Assembly: GCA_963781885.1 (NCBI GenBank)
Contig: CAWAHW010000005.1
Location: forward strand, 270,168 to 334,167
DNA from: an uncultured Spirochaetota bacterium
GTDB taxonomy: Bacteria > Spirochaetota > Spirochaetia > SZUA-6 > Fen-1364
DNA length: 64,000 nucleotides
Direction of reading: 5' to 3'
Shown one piece after another: positions 21,790-33,193 of the stretch (position 1 is the first letter of the stretch; every line of letters starts with the position of its first letter). The notes beneath the pieces are model-generated. The model worked only from the letters and a program-made list of their open reading frames with translations, was not told where the DNA came from and searched no databases. A program made the translations under genes and the position numbers.

Positions 21790-23096
21790 GAGCAGTCGAC
21801 CTCATCATGAAGAAGCGGGACGGCGGGCAGCTCACGGGGCCCGAGATCGATTTTCTCGTCGACGGGTTCACTCGTGGCGATATCCCCGACTACCAGTTCT
21901 CATCCCTCCTCATGGCAATCGTGCTGAAAGGAATGAGCGCGGATGAGACGGCCCGACTGACAAAGGCAATGATCGCCTCGGGGGACGTGCTGGACCTGGC
22001 GGGTGTTCCCGGGCCGCTCGTGGACAAGCATTCCACGGGCGGGGTAGGGGACAAGATATCCCTGATACTCGCCCCGCTCGCGGCCGCCTGCGGGATACGG
22101 GTGCCCATGATGAGCGGAAGGTCGCTGGGCCACACCGGGGGAACGCTCGACAAGCTTGAGTCCATACCCGGCTACCGGACGAACCTTACCGTGGAGCGTT
22201 TCCGCGAGGCGCTCCGCGTCGTCGGCTTCGCGATGATCGGCCAGAGCGAGACGGTCGTGCCGGCGGACAGGCGCATGTATGCGCTGCGCGACGTCACCGG
22301 CACGGTGGAATCCATCCCGCTCATCACGGCGAGCATCATGTCGAAGAAGTTCGCCGAAGGCGCGCAGGCGCTGGTCTTCGACGTGAAGACGGGGGCCGGC
22401 GCATTCATGAAGAACGCGGAGCAGGCGCGCGCGCTGGCGAAATCGCTCGTGGCAACGGGCAGGGGCCTGGGCCGGGGCGTGGCGGCCATCATGACCGACA
22501 TGGACCAGCCCCTGGGCTTGAAGATCGGCAACTTCCTCGAGGTGGAGGAAAGCATCGATTGCCTGAAGGGCGGCGGCCCGGCGGACGTGGTTGACCTGAG
22601 CTGCCGGCTCACGGGATGGATGCTCGCCCTGGGCGGCGTGGCGGCCGACGCACAGACGGGCGAGCGTCTTGCCCGCGCGAAGCTTGCCGATGGCAGCGCC
22701 TGGGAAAGATTCGTGAAAAACGTGGAGTTCCAGGGCGGCGACGTCGGCTGCCTGGAAGACCCCCGCAAGGGACCGCATGCGCCCCTCACCCGGCCCGTGC
22801 TCGCGGAAACGGCCGGCGTCGTGCAAAGGATCGACGCGTACGCCATCGGGGTGGCGTCCGTCATCCTCGGCGCGGGACGGTCGAAGAAGGACGACGTGGT
22901 GCTGCCCGGCGTCGGCATCGTGCTCGAGGCAAAAGCGGGAGACCGGGTCGCCCGCGGCGACGTGCTCTGCCGCGTCCACGGCGGGACGGAGGAAAAGGTC
23001 GTCCAGGCCTGCGCGCTGGCGGGCTCGGCGTTCCAGCTCGGAGAGGGCCGGCCGAAGACGGTCCCCCTCATCATCGAAGAGATCACCGCCGCATGA
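21786..23096 (+). CDS. pdp: Pyrimidine-nucleoside/thymidine phosphorylase
   Basis: DKHSTGGVGDK, SGRSLGHTGGTLDKLE motifs. Confidence 0.9.
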   Translation: MRAVDLIMKKRDGGQLTGPEIDFLVDGFTRGDIPDYQFSSLLMAIVLKGMSADETARLTKAMIASGDVLDLAGVPGPLVDKHSTGGVGDKISLILAPLAAACGIRVPMMSGRSLGHTGGTLDKLESIPGYRTNLTVERFREALRVVGFAMIGQSETVVPADRRMYALRDVTGTVESIPLITASIMSKKFAEGAQALVFDVKTGAGAFMKNAEQARALAKSLVATGRGLGRGVAAIMTDMDQPLGLKIGNFLEVEESIDCLKGGGPADVVDLSCRLTGWMLALGGVAADAQTGERLARAKLADGSAWERFVKNVEFQGGDVGCLEDPRKGPHAPLTRPVLAETAGVVQRIDAYAIGVASVILGAGRSKKDDVVLPGVGIVLEAKAGDRVARGDVLCRVHGGTEEKVVQACALAGSAFQLGEGRPKTVPLIIEEITAA

Positions 23097-25198
23097 AGTG
23101 GAACAAGTCCCCGATCGACGCGCAGCTCGTCAAGGAGATCGCGCGCCGCTATGAGATCGATCTCCTGCCTGCGGCGATCCTGACGCGTCGCGGAATCACG
23201 GCGCCGGAGCAGCTCCTCTACTTCCTCGAAAATGACAGCCGCTATGTCCACAATCCGTTTCTCATGCCGGCCATGGTGGATGTCGTGGAACGGATCAACG
23301 CCGCCGTGGACAGTGGAGAAAAGATGTTGATCTTCGGCGACCGCGACGTCGACGGGATCACCGCCACGGTCCTGCTCTTCGAGACGTTGACAGAGCTGGG
23401 CGGGGACGTGCAGTGGATGCTCCCCGAGGGCGAGGATGCGTATGGATTGTCGGAGAAGGCGATCGAGAAGGCGGTCGCCGACGGCGTCGGCCTCCTTGTG
23501 ACCGTGGACTGCGGCATCAGCAATGTCGCGGAGATCGCCCGGGCGTCGGAACGGGGCGTGGACTGCATCGTCGTCGACCATCACAATCCCCCCGGAGACC
23601 TTCCCCCGGCGATTGCCATCGTGAATCCCAAGCTGTCCGGCTATCCCTTTCGCGATCTCTGCGGCTGCGCGGTTGCCGCCAAGCTGGAGTGGGCGCTCCG
23701 CTTTTCCCGCTCGCCGTTCTACGGCGCCTCCTTCTGCCTGCTCAATGCGCGCCCGGCGAATGAAACCCTCGTGGTGGAGGCGCTGCGCCTGACCAACCTT
23801 GTGGAGACGGACCGCATCGTGGAGAGCTTCGTGCCCGGCATGGTATCGCTGGAAAAGAGCAGGCTCGCGTCGTTCATTGCCGGTGACGAAGTGCTCGTCC
23901 TCGACGCCGCTCTCCAGGCGCGTCTTTTCTCCAAGTTCATGGGCCCCGATGCCGCGCTTCCCCTTTCGGACCTGGGGCCGCTCGTCTCCCAGTATCTTCC
24001 CGACCTTGCGGGCAAGAGCCTCCTGAAGATCCAGCAGGCGGCGCGGTCTGCGCGCTACGCGGCGCGCGCGCTCACGGAAATCGACACGCTGGCGGAGGTC
24101 TTTTCCGCGCTCGTCGTCGCGCGCGAGCAGACGCGGCTTGCGCCGTCGGCCGCGCACCTGGACCTGGTCACCCTGGGAACCCTGGCGGACCTGATGCCGC
24201 TTGTCGATGAGAACCGCATCTTCGTGCGCCAGGGTCTCGCGCAGCTGCGGGCGTCCGAGCGGCCCGGGCTGCGCCAGGTGTTCAAACGCAAGGACCTCCT
24301 GGGCAAAAAGATCAGCACGACAGACATCGCGTGGCAGGTGTCGCCGCTTCTCAACTCGGCAGGCCGCATGGGGGAGCCGGGCAAGGCGACGCAGGTGCTC
24401 CTTGCGCGCACGGCGGAAGAGGCGGACGCGCTCGTGGAGCAGCTCTTTGCCCTTGACGGCAAGCGCAAGAGCCTGGGGGAAAGCGCGTGGTCGCTGCTCA
24501 TGGGCCCGGCGCGGGAATCGCTGGAGCGATCGGGGGGACGCTGCATCCTCGTGCACGACGAGCGGGTACAGCGGGGAATCACCGGCGTCATCGCCTCGCG
24601 CCTGCAGGGCTTCTTCAAGGCGCCGTCCATCGTCATTGCCGAGGCCGGTGACCTCGCGGTTGGCTCCATCCGCTGCAACCAACCGCGCGTGATCGCCAAT
24701 TTCTTCGCCCGACACGGACCGGACTTCCTGAACTACGGCGGGCATGATTTTGCCGGGGGGTTCAGCGTCGAGAGGGAAAAGCTGGGCGCTTTCGTCGAAT
24801 CCTTCTACGCGGGCATCGAGGACATCGCTCCGCCTGCCGCGGGGGAGGAGACGATCACCGTGGACGCGGAAATTCCGATTCCTCTTCTCTCGCCCGATCT
24901 CCAGAAGGTCGTCGACATGTTCGAGCCCTATGGAGAGGGCAACCCGGCGCTCGTGTTCCTCACGCGCGGCATGCGCGTGGCGCATTGCGAGCTGATCGGG
25001 AGAAAGGACCTGAGTCATTTGAAGCTGCTGCTGGAAGCCGGCAAGACCAGGTGGCCGGCCGTCTACTGGAACGCTGCGCCGCGCTTCCCGTCGGAGTTCT
25101 CCATCGGCGATACCGTCGATGTCGTCTACCGCATCGGCCGCAATTCCTATGGCGGGAGCGAGAATATCCAGCTCACGGTCGTCGACTTGAGGAAATGA
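23093..25198 (+). CDS. recJ: ssDNA-specific exonuclease RecJ
   Basis: GDRDVDG, DHH, GTLAD, GGH, EPYGEGN motifs. Confidence 0.92.
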   Translation: MKWNKSPIDAQLVKEIARRYEIDLLPAAILTRRGITAPEQLLYFLENDSRYVHNPFLMPAMVDVVERINAAVDSGEKMLIFGDRDVDGITATVLLFETLTELGGDVQWMLPEGEDAYGLSEKAIEKAVADGVGLLVTVDCGISNVAEIARASERGVDCIVVDHHNPPGDLPPAIAIVNPKLSGYPFRDLCGCAVAAKLEWALRFSRSPFYGASFCLLNARPANETLVVEALRLTNLVETDRIVESFVPGMVSLEKSRLASFIAGDEVLVLDAALQARLFSKFMGPDAALPLSDLGPLVSQYLPDLAGKSLLKIQQAARSARYAARALTEIDTLAEVFSALVVAREQTRLAPSAAHLDLVTLGTLADLMPLVDENRIFVRQGLAQLRASERPGLRQVFKRKDLLGKKISTTDIAWQVSPLLNSAGRMGEPGKATQVLLARTAEEADALVEQLFALDGKRKSLGESAWSLLMGPARESLERSGGRCILVHDERVQRGITGVIASRLQGFFKAPSIVIAEAGDLAVGSIRCNQPRVIANFFARHGPDFLNYGGHDFAGGFSVEREKLGAFVESFYAGIEDIAPPAAGEETITVDAEIPIPLLSPDLQKVVDMFEPYGEGNPALVFLTRGMRVAHCELIGRKDLSHLKLLLEAGKTRWPAVYWNAAPRFPSEFSIGDTVDVVYRIGRNSYGGSENIQLTVVDLRK

Positions 25199-26298
25199 GC
25201 CGGCGCATCGCGCGCGCGGCGCTCTCCGCGCTCCTTCTTCTTGCGTGGGCCGGGGGCATGCTGTCCGCCGATACCTTCGCCCTCACGAGTCCCGCGCCGG
25301 CAATTTGCATCGCCTCCGCGGACGCGGTGTATAGCGTAAAAAACGGCGCCCTGGTGCCTGTACGGGGCATCTACTCCATCTTCCCGCACGGGCAACAGCC
25401 TCTTGCCCTGGAGACTCGCGCGGCCGTGTCTGCCCCGCCGGGCGGGACGGTGCGCGTCTATCTGTGGTCGGAAGAGGCGCTGGATTCAGTCTCCGTTCAA
25501 CTGGCCTCGCCGGGGAAGGCTCCTCTTGCCCGCACGGAGGGGTTCCCTGCCCCAACGAGGCGGACCACGCTGCTGTGGGTGGCACTGCTCGGCCTCCCTG
25601 CCGACAGCGTGCCGCGCAGCCGCACGCTCACGCTGCATGTCACCGCGGGCGCGCGGAGCTGGTTTCTCTTGGAGCCATTCGACGTTGTCTCCCGGCGTTT
25701 CTTCACCGACCGCATCGGGTTGAGCAAGGGCCTCACGACCCTCATGAACGCTCCGGATCCGCGCAAGGCCGCCGAGGGCAGGAGCCTTGCCCTTGCCCTT
25801 TCGACGCCGCATCCTGACGCGCTCTTCCAAACGGGACCTTTCATCGATCCGTTGTCGGGGGCACACAGAACCGGCGGCTACGGAGACCGCCGGGAGTACG
25901 ACTACGACGATGGAACGACCGGCCTTTCAATTCACCAGGGGCTTGACATCGGGGCTCCGCAGGGCACGTCGGTCCTCGCATGCGGCAACGGCAGGGTTGT
26001 GATTGCCGATACGCGCATCCTCACCGGCAACACCGTGGTGATCGAGCACCTGCCTGGGCTTTTCTCCCTCTATTTCCACATGTCGGAGCTTGACGCGAAG
26101 GTCGGTGACGTCGTTGCGCAGGGCGCCGTCATCGGCAAGGTGGGCATGACGGGCTTCGCCACCGGTCCGCACTTGCACTGGGAGGTCCAGGCATCCGGTG
26201 TTCCCGTGGATCCCGAGGCGCTGATCAAGGCGCCTCTCCTTGACAAAAACGCAGATATCGTCGACAGTTATGCCCGCATCGGCACCGAAGGGAGGTGA
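25195..26298 (+). CDS. M23 family metallopeptidase
   Basis: Signal peptide; HQGLD and GPHLHWE motifs. Confidence 0.88.
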   Translation: MSRRIARAALSALLLLAWAGGMLSADTFALTSPAPAICIASADAVYSVKNGALVPVRGIYSIFPHGQQPLALETRAAVSAPPGGTVRVYLWSEEALDSVSVQLASPGKAPLARTEGFPAPTRRTTLLWVALLGLPADSVPRSRTLTLHVTAGARSWFLLEPFDVVSRRFFTDRIGLSKGLTTLMNAPDPRKAAEGRSLALALSTPHPDALFQTGPFIDPLSGAHRTGGYGDRREYDYDDGTTGLSIHQGLDIGAPQGTSVLACGNGRVVIADTRILTGNTVVIEHLPGLFSLYFHMSELDAKVGDVVAQGAVIGKVGMTGFATGPHLHWEVQASGVPVDPEALIKAPLLDKNADIVDSYARIGTEGR

Positions 26299-26513
26299 GT
26301 CCAATAGCCTACATCGAAGTGAGCGACGATGAGCCCCTTGAAAAGGCCATCAAGCGCTTCAAGCGCCAGGTGGAGAAAGAAGGGATCATCAGGGAGTGGA
26401 AGAAGAGGGAGTTTTTCGAGAAGCCCTCGGCCATTCTCAATCGCAAGAAGAAGGCTCTCGAGCGCAAGCGCATGAAGAGGGCCCGTAAGGTTTCCCAGAT
26501 GAAGAGCTACTAG
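26295..26513 (+). CDS. rpsU: 30S ribosomal protein S21
   Basis: [20 protein letters not shown] motif. Confidence 0.93.
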   Translation: MSPIAYIEVSDDEPLEKAIKRFKRQVEKEGIIREWKKREFFEKPSAILNRKKKALERKRMKRARKVSQMKSY

Positions 26514-26586
26514 GACCGGCGCGCCCTTCCGCGGTATCCCCGCGGAGTTCGACGCGCAGGACCTCCAGAATGTCAGACTTTGAAAC

Positions 26587-26614
26587 AAGCGAGCCCCCGA
26601 TCGGGGGCTCGCTT
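26587..26614. terminator. Bidirectional intrinsic terminator
   Basis: Perfect hairpin AAGCGAGCCCCC-GATC-GGGGGCTCGCTT between convergent genes. Confidence 0.8.
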
Positions 26615-26616
26615 TA

Positions 26617-27348
26617 TTACAGAATGTGCTTCAGGAAGCGCTGCGTGCGCTCCTCTTTCGGCGCGTCGAAGACGGCCTCGGGGGGACCCCTCTCGATGAT
26701 CTCGCCGTGATCCATGAACACGACGGTGTGCGCGGCGGCGCGCGCGAATCCCATCTCGTGAGAAACCACGAGCATGGTCATGCCTTCTTTCGCGAGCTCA
26801 ACCATTACGTCGAGCACTTCCTTGATCATCTCGGGGTCGAGCGCTGAGGTCGGCTCGTCAAAAAGCATGACCTTTGGGCTCATGGCAAGGGCACGCGCTA
26901 TCGCGACGCGTTGCTGCTGTCCGCCCGAGAGTTGGTCCGGATAGGCCTTCTCCTTGTCGGAGAGCCCCACGCGCGCAAGGAGCGATATCCCCAGCTCACG
27001 GGAGGCGGCCTCCGGCATCCTTTTCACGATGCGTGGCGCGAGAATGATGTTCTCCAGCGCCGTGAGATGGGGGAAGAGGTTGAAGGACTGGAACACCATG
27101 CCCACCTCTTCGCGGATCCTGCGGATATCGGAGGCATGGTCGGTGACCTGGTCATCGTCCACCCAGATCTCCCCCGAGGTGAGGTTTTCCAGCCGGTTGA
27201 TGCAGCGCAGCATCGTACTTTTGCCGCTTCCCGAGGGCCCGATGACGAGCACGACCTCGCCGGGTTGTACCGTGAGACTGGCGTTGCGCAGCGCGACGAC
27301 CTTGCCGAAAGTCTTGCATGCGTTGATGATCCGCACCCTATCTGCCAC
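26617..27348 (-). CDS. Polar amino acid ABC transporter ATP-binding protein (GlnQ-like)
   Basis: [27 protein letters not shown]. Confidence 0.92.
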   Translation of the reverse strand: MADRVRIINACKTFGKVVALRNASLTVQPGEVVLVIGPSGSGKSTMLRCINRLENLTSGEIWVDDDQVTDHASDIRRIREEVGMVFQSFNLFPHLTALENIILAPRIVKRMPEAASRELGISLLARVGLSDKEKAYPDQLSGGQQQRVAIARALAMSPKVMLFDEPTSALDPEMIKEVLDVMVELAKEGMTMLVVSHEMGFARAAAHTVVFMDHGEIIERGPPEAVFDAPKEERTQRFLKHIL

Positions 27349-28192
27349 TGCGGTTCATCCTTTCCTCCATGAGCGCGACGAGTCGCGAGAAGAAGAGCGT
27401 CATGACGAGATAGACGAGCGCGACGACGGTGAATGCCTCGAAATAGTCGAACGTCTTGGAGGCATATTCGCGGCCCCGCCGCAGCAGATCGGAGACCGCG
27501 AGGATCGATACGAGCGACGAGTCTTTCAGCAGGGCGATGAACTCGTTGCCCAGCGGGGGAAGGACCACGCGGACGGTCTGCGGGAGGATGACGCGCAGCA
27601 TGGCCTGTCCACGAGTCAGCCCGAGCGCAATCGCCGCTTCCATCTGTCCCTTGTGAATGGACTGGATTCCGGCGCGGAAGATCTCCCCCAGATAGGCGCC
27701 GTAGCAGACCGTCATGGCGATCACTGCGGCGAAGATGTCGGGGACCTGGATGATCTTTCCCAGAGCGTAATAGATGTAGAAGATCTGGACGAGGAGCGGG
27801 ATCCCACGGATGATCTCCACGTAGATGGTTGCGATCCGGTTGAGGATGACGACCCGCGAGATCCTGCCGAGACCCGCAATCAGTCCCACCACCACGGCGC
27901 AGACGATCGACATGATGGTGACTTCGAAGGTCCGTGCGATGCCATCCGGCAGGAACACGATGATCTCGCGGTAGGGGTGGGGGCGGAAGACGAACAGATA
28001 CACCAGAACTGCAAGCGCCCCGAAGAAGGAGATTCTCCAGGCGGAAAAGGTGGCCTTTTCACCGCGGCCGGGAATCAGCGCGCCATCGGTCACCTCGATG
28101 CGCGTGCCGCGCGCGGCCCGTGCCTCGCGCCGCGAGAGAAGCGGCGTTTCCGGAGAAACGCCGCTTTCCCTTTCGGTTCCTATTTCAGCCAC
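27338..28192 (-). CDS. Polar amino acid ABC permease
   Basis: [29 protein letters not shown]. Confidence 0.9.
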   Translation of the reverse strand: MAEIGTERESGVSPETPLLSRREARAARGTRIEVTDGALIPGRGEKATFSAWRISFFGALAVLVYLFVFRPHPYREIIVFLPDGIARTFEVTIMSIVCAVVVGLIAGLGRISRVVILNRIATIYVEIIRGIPLLVQIFYIYYALGKIIQVPDIFAAVIAMTVCYGAYLGEIFRAGIQSIHKGQMEAAIALGLTRGQAMLRVILPQTVRVVLPPLGNEFIALLKDSSLVSILAVSDLLRRGREYASKTFDYFEAFTVVALVYLVMTLFFSRLVALMEERMNRSGR

Positions 28193-28935
28193 TTGTCCTC
28201 GATCGCCTTGTTGTCGCCCGCGTCAAGAACCTTCTTGAGACCGGCATTGATGACGTCCAGGACCTTCGTGTTGCCCTTCTTCACCGCAACTCCGTAGTAC
28301 TCCTCGGTGAACGGCTTGCCGACGATCTTCAGTTTGCCCTTGTACTGGTCGCTCTGCAGCGCGTAATTTGCGGCCGTCGGGGTATCGACCACCACGCCAT
28401 CGATGCGGCCGTTGGCGAGGTCCGCCACCGCCAGCCCGATATCGTCGTAGGTCTTCTCCGTGATCTTGTCCGCGTCCTTCACCTTGTCGATCTCGAAGGC
28501 GCCTGTCGTGCCGATCTGCGCGCCGACCTTCTTGCCCTTCAAGTCGTCGAGCGTCGTGACGCCGTTTGTCTCCGTCTTCACGACCAGTATCTGTCCTGCA
28601 TTGAAGTAGGGAATGGAGAAGTCGATGGTCTTCTTGCGCTCGTCGGTAATCGTCACGGACGACATGACCGCATCGTACTTTCCGTTGTCCAGCCCGGCGA
28701 AGATGCCGTCCCATGCGGTGCTCTTGAACTCGACGGCGAAACCGCCCGCCTTTGCGGCGGCGTTCATGAGGTCGATGTCGAGGCCAACGATATTCTTGTT
28801 CGTATCCACCATTTCCATGGGCGGGAAGGTGGAGTCCGTTGCGATCGTGAGCTTGGTCGGCTCCTTCTTTGCGCACGACACGACGCCAACGGCCAGCCCC
28901 ACGAGCATGAGGCCCGTCAGAACCTTTCGAAGCAT
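28180..28935 (-). CDS. Basic amino acid ABC substrate-binding lipoprotein
   Basis: Lipobox VVSC; FPPME, GAQIGTTG. Confidence 0.9.
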   Translation of the reverse strand: MLRKVLTGLMLVGLAVGVVSCAKKEPTKLTIATDSTFPPMEMVDTNKNIVGLDIDLMNAAAKAGGFAVEFKSTAWDGIFAGLDNGKYDAVMSSVTITDERKKTIDFSIPYFNAGQILVVKTETNGVTTLDDLKGKKVGAQIGTTGAFEIDKVKDADKITEKTYDDIGLAVADLANGRIDGVVVDTPTAANYALQSDQYKGKLKIVGKPFTEEYYGVAVKKGNTKVLDVINAGLKKVLDAGDNKAIEDKWLK

Positions 28936-29021
28936 AAATACCTCCTTGGGTGCATTTTTATTCGTTATTCACAGAAGGGGAGCCCATGTCAAGGGCACGG
29001 GGTTTCGCACCGCGCGTCTGC

Positions 29022-29050
29022 TTGACCTTTGATTGGCTTTGCCCTATACT
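29022..29050 (+). promoter_or_regulatory. Sigma70 promoter of the tRNA
   Basis: TTGACC-17 nt-TATACT, 11 nt upstream of the tRNA. Confidence 0.75.
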
Positions 29051-29061
29051 GTACCACACGA

Positions 29062-29134
29062 CGCAGGGTAGAGCAGTTGGCAGCTCGTCGGGCTCATAAC
29101 CCGGAGGTCGCAGGTTCAAATCCTGCCCCTGCTA
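29062..29134 (+). tRNA. Initiator tRNA-Met (CAT)
   Basis: Cloverleaf with unpaired C1:T72, GGG/CCC anticodon stem, CAT anticodon, TTCAAAT T-loop; CCA not encoded. Confidence 0.95.
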
Positions 29135-29241
29135 TATAGATTCTTGTAGAGAAAAGGGTTAGAGACCGCTACCGAAAACGGCGCGATCCGCCACTCAACT
29201 GTCAGATGGAACTGTAAGAAGTTCCACTGGGGAGGGCCAGG

Positions 29242-29550
29242 ATGCGCCGTTTTTCATTGTATCGACGTGGCAAGATCTTCTACGCGCAGATTTTCAATCC
29301 CACCACGCGCAAGTACTTGCCATGCAGGCCTAAGAGGGAAAGTGATCGACGTGCCGCCGAACACGTGGCAGATGATTGGCTTCGCGGTGGAATCCCCGAG
29401 CCAGGCAGCAAGCATCAGCGTCCGATCGCGGAGACCTTCGAGGTTTTCGCTCTTGTTCAGGCGATCCGCGATGCTCCACTTACTCCACCAGACGCTGAAA
29501 GGATCGTACGCGCCTTGAGGGACCTAAGCTCATCGAGCGGCAAGCCTTGA
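29242..29550 (+). pseudogene. N-terminal remnant of a tyrosine integrase next to the tRNA
   Basis: FSLYRRGKIFYAQIFNP arm-binding-like start; no catalytic domain follows (family inferred). Confidence 0.5.
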
Positions 29551-29661
29551 AACTTCAGCTGGAAGGTAGGCTATGATCACTGACTATGCCGCCCGCCAGC
29601 CGGTTGGCGCAAATATGTACGGCCCTATCCATTCTGTATCGTTGACACCTTCATTGCAGCC

Positions 29662-30168
29662 TCAGAATCCCGGCTCGTCTGCAGAGGGCCCGTACACGGA
29701 CGGGACTGGCGCTCCATTCAGCCTGAGATACACCGTAAGCTGGCCCCTGTGGTGACCAAGGTGGCTGAAAGTATCTGAAATCACCTCGTGCCTGGGACTT
29801 TCGCTCACCACGCGCCCTGCTGAGAGCAAGCGCCACATGGTAATGAGATATTCGTCGCTTGTGCCGCGAAGAGCTTCGCGGGCCTGGGCCACTGACTGGT
29901 ACAGAAGCTTCTCGAGGTCTCTCCCAGTTTTCCACTCGGGTCGCTTGTACGTTGATCCGCCCACCGGATTAAGGTCCAAAGAGTCCATCATGATCGCCAT
30001 CGCGATCCAGCTCGGCATGCTCGCAACCAACGCTGCCAAGTATCCCATCGGCATGGATTTTTCGTGCGGCTTCCAGTCAGGCTTGCCTTCCGGTACACGT
30101 TGCAGAACCCTGAGCGAAGAAGGTGTCTCGCGCTCGAGCTGCGCGAGAAATAGGTCGGTGATCTTCAT
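29662..30168 (-). CDS. DinB/YfiT-family protein (last cassette)
   Basis: WKPHEKSM, HHRGQLTVYLR, VPSVYGPSAD. Confidence 0.85.
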   Translation of the reverse strand: MKITDLFLAQLERETPSSLRVLQRVPEGKPDWKPHEKSMPMGYLAALVASMPSWIAMAIMMDSLDLNPVGGSTYKRPEWKTGRDLEKLLYQSVAQAREALRGTSDEYLITMWRLLSAGRVVSESPRHEVISDTFSHLGHHRGQLTVYLRLNGAPVPSVYGPSADEPGF

Positions 30169-30305
30169 GACTCAAAGGTAATAATGTCAACTGAGCAAAA
30201 CAATCATGTCATTCCGTTTTGTCCCTACGCTGCTTCGCGGAGAGCTGAACTCACGCCATGCCTAAATCCGGCACCTAAATCCGGCATGGACGCTTTCCTG
30301 GGCCT

Positions 30306-30420
30306 GTATAACATAGAGTTGAGCACCCGGCCCGCATCAGAACAGCCCCACACGGATTTGCACCGGAAGCGGGTCTATTGGAGAAAATTCAGCCTGGAGT
30401 GCTCCAACGACTTGTTAGGA
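30306..30420 (-). repeat. attC 1 (family A)
   Basis: TAACATAGAGTTGAGCAC...GTGCTCCAACGACTTGTTA. Confidence 0.9.
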
Positions 30421-30448
30421 CGACTCCCGCCGGCTCCTTACTTTCCGC

Positions 30449-31033
30449 TCACCAAATCCCTGGGAGTAGTTTCTTCGTTCTCTTCTGGTAAGCCACATAG
30501 TCTGAGCCCATTCCTTGTGCAAGTGCCCTTTCCTCAATTTGAATGCGGTAGATCAGAGAGGCGGTAGGAAGACATACAGCTACTCCAAGAGAAATCCAAT
30601 CCTTTGAAATTATGCCGTACCCAAGGAAGAACAGGATGATCCCCGCATATGAGGGGTGCCGAATGAAACGGTAGGGGCCCTTGTCGATGACTTTCTGTCC
30701 TTTTTCCAATTCTATAGTTGTTCGGAAGAACCTTCCCAGACTTATAATCGACCAGTGACGCAGAATCAGTCCCAGCAGCATGATGCCAATTCCGATCCAA
30801 AGAACTGCTAAAGCACCTTGTTGGGTTCCAAAAGGAAGAACCTTAACCCAATTGAAGACCAGCCCAAGGGTCAATGATACAACCGTTGCTGCCGTGTTGT
30901 AGTTCCTTGTCCTTCGATCGATGTCGGTGGTTCCCATCCCACGCGCTCGATCTTTGAGGATCAGGTATGCTTCGGCCCCTAGCCACACAACGGCGGCGAG
31001 AATCTTTGCTATGGAGTCAACGTATGTGATCAT
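30449..31033 (-). CDS. Isoprenylcysteine carboxyl methyltransferase family protein (cassette)
   Basis: GPYRFIRHPSY and RIQIEE motifs. Confidence 0.85.
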   Translation of the reverse strand: MITYVDSIAKILAAVVWLGAEAYLILKDRARGMGTTDIDRRTRNYNTAATVVSLTLGLVFNWVKVLPFGTQQGALAVLWIGIGIMLLGLILRHWSIISLGRFFRTTIELEKGQKVIDKGPYRFIRHPSYAGIILFFLGYGIISKDWISLGVAVCLPTASLIYRIQIEERALAQGMGSDYVAYQKRTKKLLPGIW

Positions 31034-31129
31034 TACACCCTCGTTGAACGAGTTCAGACGCAATGGTAAAGGATGTTGGCAGTCAACCACAGACGGTACT
31101 CAAGAGACTACCCATGCGAACACGCCGTG

Positions 31130-31245
31130 TCCTAACATAGAGTTCAGCACCCGGCCCGTATCAGACCAAAACCACAAAGATTTGCGCCTGCAGCGGGTCT
31201 AATGGACCAAATTCTCGCCCGGAGTGCTCCAACGATTTGTTATGC
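31130..31245 (-). repeat. attC 2 (family A)
   Basis: Same architecture as attC 1. Confidence 0.9.
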
Positions 31246-31297
31246 GATTGCGTAATGGGAAGGCTCACAAAGATAGGGAAACCGGCCGCGCCCACCT

Positions 31298-31900
31298 CTA
31301 TCCGGTGCTCTTCGCGACGCACAGCCCGTCCATCAGTAGCTTCCACACGTCGTTGTACGCCACGTCAATAGCCGGGTCAGCCCACTCGGCGGCGTGAGCC
31401 GGATGGTGGAACCCTGACGTGGCGAACAACACCGCCCGGCCGGCGGCCACAGGGTCGACGGTGCGGAACGTGCCTTCCTTCACGCCGGAGCGGATGACCA
31501 TCGCGGCCAGCCCGACCAACACGTCGAGGTAGCCGGCGGCGATGGAGTGAGGGTCGGCCGCCAGCGCTCGATAGGTGGCGAATAGCTCCGGGTCGGCGGC
31601 GGCCCGGCGGCGTTTAACGGCGATCAGGGCGTCGAATAGCTGTCGTAACCGCTGCGGGGCCGGACCCGGCAGGGCGGCGATGGCCCGCAAGGGGGCAATG
31701 GTTTCCTCCACCCACCGGCCGACGACCAGGTCCATCAGCTCGGCTTTGGTTGCCACGTGCTGGTAAACGGCCGCATGGCTCACGCCTAGTGCCCGGGCCA
31801 CGTCCACCACGTTCGCCTTGGCTAGGCCGAACCGACGGATGACGCCTTCGGCCGCGGCCAGGATCCGGTCGCGGGTGAGCGGGGCGTTAGCGGCGGGCAT
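31298..31900 (-). CDS. TetR family regulator (cassette)
   Basis: N-terminal HTH, DVARALGVSHAAVY. Confidence 0.88.
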   Translation of the reverse strand: MPAANAPLTRDRILAAAEGVIRRFGLAKANVVDVARALGVSHAAVYQHVATKAELMDLVVGRWVEETIAPLRAIAALPGPAPQRLRQLFDALIAVKRRRAAADPELFATYRALAADPHSIAAGYLDVLVGLAAMVIRSGVKEGTFRTVDPVAAGRAVLFATSGFHHPAHAAEWADPAIDVAYNDVWKLLMDGLCVAKSTG

Positions 31901-31969
31901 GTGAACCTCTCGTCACGCCGGCTCCCTGTTTCGGTATTCTATGAGAGGGGACCAGAGAGCCTGCCATAA

Positions 31970-32860
31970 TCAGTACTTCACCGCCGCAGCAGCGGCGATC
32001 CCGTCCAACTCCGCCAAGGTTTGCGGCGTCAGCGTCAACTGACCGGCGGCCAAGTTCTCACGGAGGTGGGCGACCGACGACGTGCCGGGGATCAGCAGGA
32101 TGTTGGGCGACCGGTGCAGCAGCCACGCCAAGGCCACCTGCATCGGCGTGGCCATGAGCCGGACCGCGACGTCCGATAGAGTGGACGACTGCAGCGGCGT
32201 GAACCCGCCGAGCGGGAAAAACGGCACGTACGCGATGCCCTGCCGGGCCAAGTCGTCGACTAGGGCGTCGTCGTGGCGGGAGGCAAGGTTGTAGTTATTC
32301 TGCACGCACACGATGTCGGTGATCGCCTGCGCCTCGGCTACCTGGGCGGCCGTGACATTGCTCAGGCCGATGTGGCGGATCAGCCCCTTGCGCCGCAGGT
32401 CGGCCAGCGCCGTCACCTGCTCGGCAACGGACCCCTCCTCGAGTCCGTGGCCCGACCCCATCACGCGGTAGTTGACGACGTCGAGCGCGTTCAGGCCCAG
32501 ATTGTGGAGGTTGTCGTGGACGCCGGCGGTCAACTCTTCGGGCGAGATGGCCAGCTGCCACGACTTGTCGGTCGGTCGGCGGGTTCCGAGCTTGGTGACG
32601 ATCACCAACCCGGCCGGGTAGGGATGCAGAGCCTGCCGGATTATCTGGTTGGTGAAATGCGGGCCGTAGAAGTCAGAGGTGTCGATATGGTTCACGCCAG
32701 CCGTGATGGCCTCGCGGAGGACGGCGACGGCACGGTCTGGGTCCTTGGGCGGTCCCCACACGCCGGGGCCGGCCAGCTGCATCGCGCCGTAGCCTATCCG
32801 TTGGACTGTTAATGACGTGCCGGGGAACGTGAACCGGCCGCCGAGCTTGTCTTCATTCAT
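31970..32860 (-). CDS. Aldo/keto reductase (same cassette as TetR)
   Basis: GYGAMQL, DTSDFYG, IGLSN, IPGTSS..HLREN. Confidence 0.9.
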   Translation of the reverse strand: MNEDKLGGRFTFPGTSLTVQRIGYGAMQLAGPGVWGPPKDPDRAVAVLREAITAGVNHIDTSDFYGPHFTNQIIRQALHPYPAGLVIVTKLGTRRPTDKSWQLAISPEELTAGVHDNLHNLGLNALDVVNYRVMGSGHGLEEGSVAEQVTALADLRRKGLIRHIGLSNVTAAQVAEAQAITDIVCVQNNYNLASRHDDALVDDLARQGIAYVPFFPLGGFTPLQSSTLSDVAVRLMATPMQVALAWLLHRSPNILLIPGTSSVAHLRENLAAGQLTLTPQTLAELDGIAAAAAVKY

Positions 32861-33193
32861 AGTGTTGCTCCTTTCCAGTGCTGACAGAAGCAAGAATACG
32901 CGATTTGGTTACAAAAGTCAAATATTGAAATCAGTAATCTGAAACTGAAACAGTTGGGGACTCTCCGGCAAACTGTATTGCATTGCGGCGCAAAGCCGAC
33001 CGCCGACGGCATTCGTGGTCTTGGCTGGCAAAGACCGAGGGGAAACAGGGACGAACCCCACACTGCCCGATTCACTGGAGGATCGTGCCCGAGCATCAAA
33101 CGCGCGGCAGTTCACCCATCCGCTTCAGCTTTTCGTCTCCATCGCCTCCGCATCACCGGCTCGATCTGTTGTTCCCCGGGGAATCTACAATTC

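Noticed and set aside
17933-25018. Very long antisense ORFs opposite lon, pdp and recJ
   Set aside because: Expected shadow frames of high-GC coding sequence; no recognisable motifs.
29242-29550. This ORF as the integron integrase
   Set aside because: No catalytic residues or IntI features; it lies at the 3' tail of the array and resembles a phage/island integrase N-terminus.
29560-29660. Terminal attC after the DinB gene; ATCGTTGACAC match to the IS481 end motif
   Set aside because: No paired R/L boxes; an isolated 11-bp match is too weak.
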